Origin: Caecitellus pseudoparvulus
Taxonomy: Eukaryota > Protista > Bigyra: Bicosoecida
NCBI GenBank assembly: GCA_965644315.1
Contig: CBFFRQ010000064.1
Coordinates: 62,001-126,000, forward strand
Reading direction: 5' to 3'
Length of the DNA: 64,000 bases
A model generated the notes under the pieces. It saw only the letters and a program-made list of their open reading frames with translations. It did no database searches and was not told where the DNA came from. Positions 60,006 through 64,000 of this stretch are shown piece after piece. Each line of letters begins with the position of its first letter. Within the stretch, counting starts at the first letter, position 1. The translations under genes and the position numbers were made by a program.

Positions 60006-62763
60006 TCAAACTGCCCGGCGCAAGCCCCCACGTCCTCGTCGCGAGCTGTCAACACCAGGCCCGCCTGCAAAGTTTGAAATGGTGCCCGGCAGTGGCGATG
60101 TCGTCCGCGAAATGCCGCCGCCAGGCATGGCCAGGTTGCTGCCGTGGCGTGGCGGCATTTGCTCTGGCTCCACACTTGCAAGGCTGCTGCCGAGGCGCGC
60201 TGCCGGGACGCCTGACAACTCCCCCCGCAGCCGAAGCAGGGACGAGCGCACAAGGCTGCCTTGTCTCATGACTGGGGAGGACGCCCTGGCCGTGGCACTG
60301 CCCCAGCCGCCTTGGCGGTCCTGTGACGGCGGCACCATGGCGATGCCGGGCGGACTGACGAACGAGCCGAGGCTGGACAGGGTTGGCGGGCGAGGGGGGG
60401 ATGCCGGCCCCCGACCGCCAGACATGGGCCGGATGGCTAGTGGGCTGGAGCCAGCGTCGTGTGGGCCAGATGGCGGGCGCTGGGCAGGTGCACTGCCCCC
60501 CTCGTCACTGCTGCTGCCGGTGCTGTCCAGGCCAAACTCCACACCAGGGCGCTGTGCCGAGACGAGGGGAGAGGGTGGGCCCAGAAGGGCAATGGCGGCG
60601 TTGCGCATGGGCACGACAAAGCCCTCGTGCAGCAGCAACGCCAGCACCAGGGACAGTGCGCTGGCAGGCAGGAACACCTGCGCCACGTGCAGAGGGCTGT
60701 ACGAGAAGAATTCGTAGCTGGAGAGGGTCATGGCAGGGGCGACGAGGTGCAGGAGGAGCAGGGACGCGCCCACCAGGTGAGCTGTGAGGGACCATAGGGG
60801 GGAGTGCAGAAGGTGGGTGAGGGGGCCCAACCCGCCATGCACGGTGAGCAGCAGAATGGGCACCAGCGCCACACTCCACACGGTGTGGGAGAGAGCTGTG
60901 AACCACACTCGGTCTGTGGAGGTCAGCGTGATGCTGGACCAGCTGGGGTTGTACTGCAGCGCAGCGCAGGCCAGGATGGCGGCTTGGCCTGCCACCGCGG
61001 CCAGCATGACCAGCAGGCTGCGCCAGTGGGTGCTGCCTCGGCGGCTGCGCTTGACTCGCCCTGGCACAAAAGCGCGAATGCCCACGACCAGCAGGTGAGA
61101 AATGAAGCCTGGGGCTGGGGTGGATGAGGCCGGGTCGGTGGTGCCTTGGGGAGTGCCGCCCCACTCGTGCCAGAACGCAGCAGCAACTGCCCCCGCCATC
61201 CACGCCACCCCTCGCGTGTAGGGCATGTCCACGAAGTGCGCCATGTACGGCTCAGAAAACACGTCCAGCGTGCTTTGGGGGACGTTGGAGGTCAGGATGG
61301 AGCTGTCCACTTCGTTCAGGCGCGTGGCAGCGAGGGCGCCGGCTGCCAGCACGGCCCACGCTGTCAGCGACAGAGGCACCGCTGCACGGCGCGAGAAACG
61401 CAGCGCGACGATCAGCACCATGCCGAGGACGAGGGCGCACTGCGCGGCAACGGCAGGCAAAAACGCAAGGGGAAGGCACTGTGCACTCCAAGGCGCCTCC
61501 AGAGGCAGGAAGTTGCCCAGCAGTGCCAGTTGCGGCCAGGGGTTTGAGGCGCAGTTTTGAGCCTGCCGCAGTGCGTGGAACCACAGCGGGCCTTCCGACG
61601 CACTGGGCAGCAGGAAGGCCATGAACAGCACGGCAGCCAGCAGCAGCAACCACCATCGGAGGATGAACCACCCAATCACTCGCAGGGCGGCGCCAGCAGC
61701 CTGCCATGTGTTGCCCGCTTTCTCAGCGGCCCGGCGTGCCAGGGTCATGACCAAGAAACCGTTGATGGCAAGGAGTGTGTCGACGCTCCAGTCGCCCCCC
61801 GCGATGAAATTGAACAGGACACCCCCAACAAAGCCATCAGGCGGGCGCAGGGTGTAAATGCTGTCGAAGCCTGTGGCTCGCATGTACAGCAGCGTGATGC
61901 TGAGGCCCACGTGCAGGCCGGCCAGGGCCCGCAGCGCATCCAGCCCAGGAATGTGCAGGTGCCGGCGGTGTGTGGAGTTGGCTCGCAGGCGCCACAGGAC
62001 ACTGCAGTAGGCTGGGCAGGAGGGCGGCGTGGCAGGCGTGACTGGCGCCGCCGCGGGCCCGCCGCGCTCTGCCTGAGGCGGCGCCTCTGGCCCAGGCGCT
62101 GTGTTGATGGAGCCGCTGCCCAGGCCGGGCGGTGTGTTGCCCAGCAGGGCCACGCGGCTGTCCACTTGCCACGACTCCTCTGTCAGCGTCGGCGTCGGCG
62201 TCGTGGCGGGGCGGGAGGCAGTGGCGGGGCGGCGGCAGCCCAGGGACCGCGCCGACAGTGGCACACACACTGCCAGCGTGGCGAGTCCGACGAGGGCCAT
62301 GATCAGGCCGCCCGGCACGCCCAGCGCCTGGGCGTGGTTGCCGCAGGTCACTTTGCCGCTCTGGAAGTTCAGCTCCGCCACCAGCACGAGGGAGGACTGG
62401 GACACGACGTAGCTGAAGATGGGGCTGCTGATGTTGGTCACGTCTGCCGGGCCACAGGAGTCTGGGACGCACACTGAGAAAGTGAGGTCTGCCACGTCAA
62501 TGATGCAGATGTGCGCATGTGGAGCGACGGCACACTGTGAAACTTTGCCCAGCGCATTCATGTTGTGTCCTGAGCGGCCGGGAACGGGGGAAGGGTGCCT
62601 GCGCTGGGGGAGCAAAATCCGCTCGCGCCCACGCACCATTGGCGTCCCACGCCGGGATCCAGTCCACATTAAAGGCGCTGGGGTCGTAGCAAGCACTTGC
62701 ACACTGCCATGCTGCTGCGATCGCCAAACATGCCAGCAGCAAGGCTGGCCTGGGCGCTAGCAT
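60006..62763 (-). CDS. NRF-6 / O-acyltransferase-like multipass membrane protein (acyltransferase-3)
   Basis: Signal peptide; intron 62570-62636; NRF-like WDANG...LGKVSQC...VCVPDSC; GLDALRAL, SVDTLLAINGFL and MPYTR motifs; many TM helices. Confidence 0.82.
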
Positions 62764-62935
62764 GGTGCTTGTTGCAGCTGGGCCCTGGCCCAGCAATGCT
62801 GCGTGGAGCCTGGCTGCAGCTGGGTGGAGAGTGCTGGGGAGGGTGTAGCGTGGGTGGCCGAGCCGGCGCGGCAGGGAGCCCTGGGCAGGCCGTTGCATTT
62901 GATCTGGGCAGGCCGACACAGTGCTGGCCGGGGTG

Positions 62936-64000
62936 TTAGCGCTGGGCGCCCTTGCCAGCCCGGATGGCAGACAGCGACTTGGCCAGGGTGGAGCTGTACA
63001 CATCCACGCGCTGGTACACCTGCAGCTCCCCCTCCAGTCGGGCGATGGTGTCGGCCTGGGCCGTGCTGCGCCGCCGCAGCTCCGCGTTCTCCCCCTGTAG
63101 GCGCTGACACCCCGCCCGCATGTCCTGCACCTCCGCCTCCGCCTCTTGCGCCCGCTCACGCGCCGCCTCCCACGCCGCCTGCGCCTCGTACACTGCCCGC
63201 CGGAAGCCCTGCACGTCCTCCAGCGCCGCCGTGCGCACGGCCCGGAAGGTCTGCAAGTCAGCTGCCGCCAGCCGGTCCTCCAGCTCCGCCACCCGCCGCC
63301 GCATGCCCTCCAGCGCCGAGCCTGAGGCCTTGACGTCAGCCCGGGCAGCAGCCGCCTCCGCCTCAAGAGACGTCACTGTCGCGTCCAGCGCGCCAGAGGA
63401 GGCACGCAGCGTGGCAGACTCGCTCAGGGCGTCCTCTGCCAGCGCACTGCGCTCCAGGAGCTGCTCTTGGGTCTGGGCCAGGGCGGCGGCGGCGGCCGCC
63501 TCCCGCTGGCGACTGGCATCCGCCGCCACACGCGTGTGCTCCAACTCCTGCTGTGTGGCTTGGTGCTGCGTGCGCAGCAAGGCCAGTGCAGAGCGCGTGC
63601 TGTGCAGCTCAGCCTCCGCCACCGCCAGCTGCTCCTGCACGCTGGCAGCGGCAGCGGCAGGCACAGTGCTGTCAGCCAGGGTCTGCACTGTGGCTTTCAC
63701 GGTGGCCAGCTCAGCAGCCACGGAGTCAGCGTACTCCTGCAGGGTGGTGTTGGCACTCTGCAGGCGCCGAGCGGAGGCGCGAGCCTCTGACAGCTGCTGC
63801 TGTGCGGCGTCCCGCTCGCGAGTCAACCGAGTCACCTGGGCGCTGAGCTCGGAGGTGGAGGAGGCGCTGGCGCTGGCTCCTTGCCTGGCCGCCTCAGCCT
63901 CTCCCTCGGCTTCTGCCCGCCGTGACTCGGCAGCTGCCACCGCCCGGCGCAAGTCCTTCACCTCAGCACTCGCCTCTCGCAGCTGTGTGGCCAGGTCCTG
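62936..64000 (-). CDS. Long coiled-coil protein, 3' part (truncated by the window)
   Basis: Continuous A/E/L/Q/R-rich heptad sequence, open to the window edge. Confidence 0.75.
   Translation of the reverse strand, partial: QDLATQLREASAEVKDLRRAVAAAESRRAEAEGEAEAARQGASASASSTSELSAQVTRLTRERDAAQQQLSEARASARRLQSANTTLQEYADSVAAELATVKATVQTLADSTVPAAAAASVQEQLAVAEAELHSTRSALALLRTQHQATQQELEHTRVAADASRQREAAAAAALAQTQEQLLERSALAEDALSESATLRASSGALDATVTSLEAEAAAARADVKASGSALEGMRRRVAELEDRLAAADLQTFRAVRTAALEDVQGFRRAVYEAQAAWEAARERAQEAEAEVQDMRAGCQRLQGENAELRRRSTAQADTIARLEGELQVYQRVDVYSSTLAKSLSAIRAGKGAQR

Overview
Gene-dense, GC-rich eukaryotic nuclear DNA from a probably flagellated, aerobic protist. DNAAF4, DAP-pathway DHDPS, COX assembly factors and PEX11 are present; a heterotrophic stramenopile is a plausible but unproven source. 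About 32 protein-coding genes were reconstructed by hand, most with short GT-AG introns (mostly 60-80 nt, donors gtgcgt/gtgagt) biased to the 5' end. Most are housekeeping genes: PRMT1, an OTU deubiquitinase, a metaxin/FAX-like protein, a RING-PHD protein, an RRM protein, PSMA6, DDAH, COA5/PET191, DHDPS, TatD, DNAAF4, TrmL, LSM12, an MhpD-like hydratase, Kelch-BTB, DNAJB12, an ArfGAP, PEX11, DCAF10, CMC1 and an NRF-6-like acyltransferase. No mobile element, virus, CRISPR array, rRNA or tRNA was seen. The most notable observations are: (1) a stand-alone dynein microtubule-binding-like domain with an acidic disordered arm and a C-terminal CaaX box, a candidate membrane-microtubule tether; (2) convergent gene pairs whose stop codons are 0-70 bp apart, implying pervasive antisense 3' overlaps or almost no 3' UTRs; (3) a ~3,710-aa orphan protein with an ~11-kb exon; (4) bacterial-type enzymes that have acquired introns (TrmL, MhpD-like); (5) a degenerate TraB pseudoenzyme. 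All family calls come from motif recognition; no database search was run.
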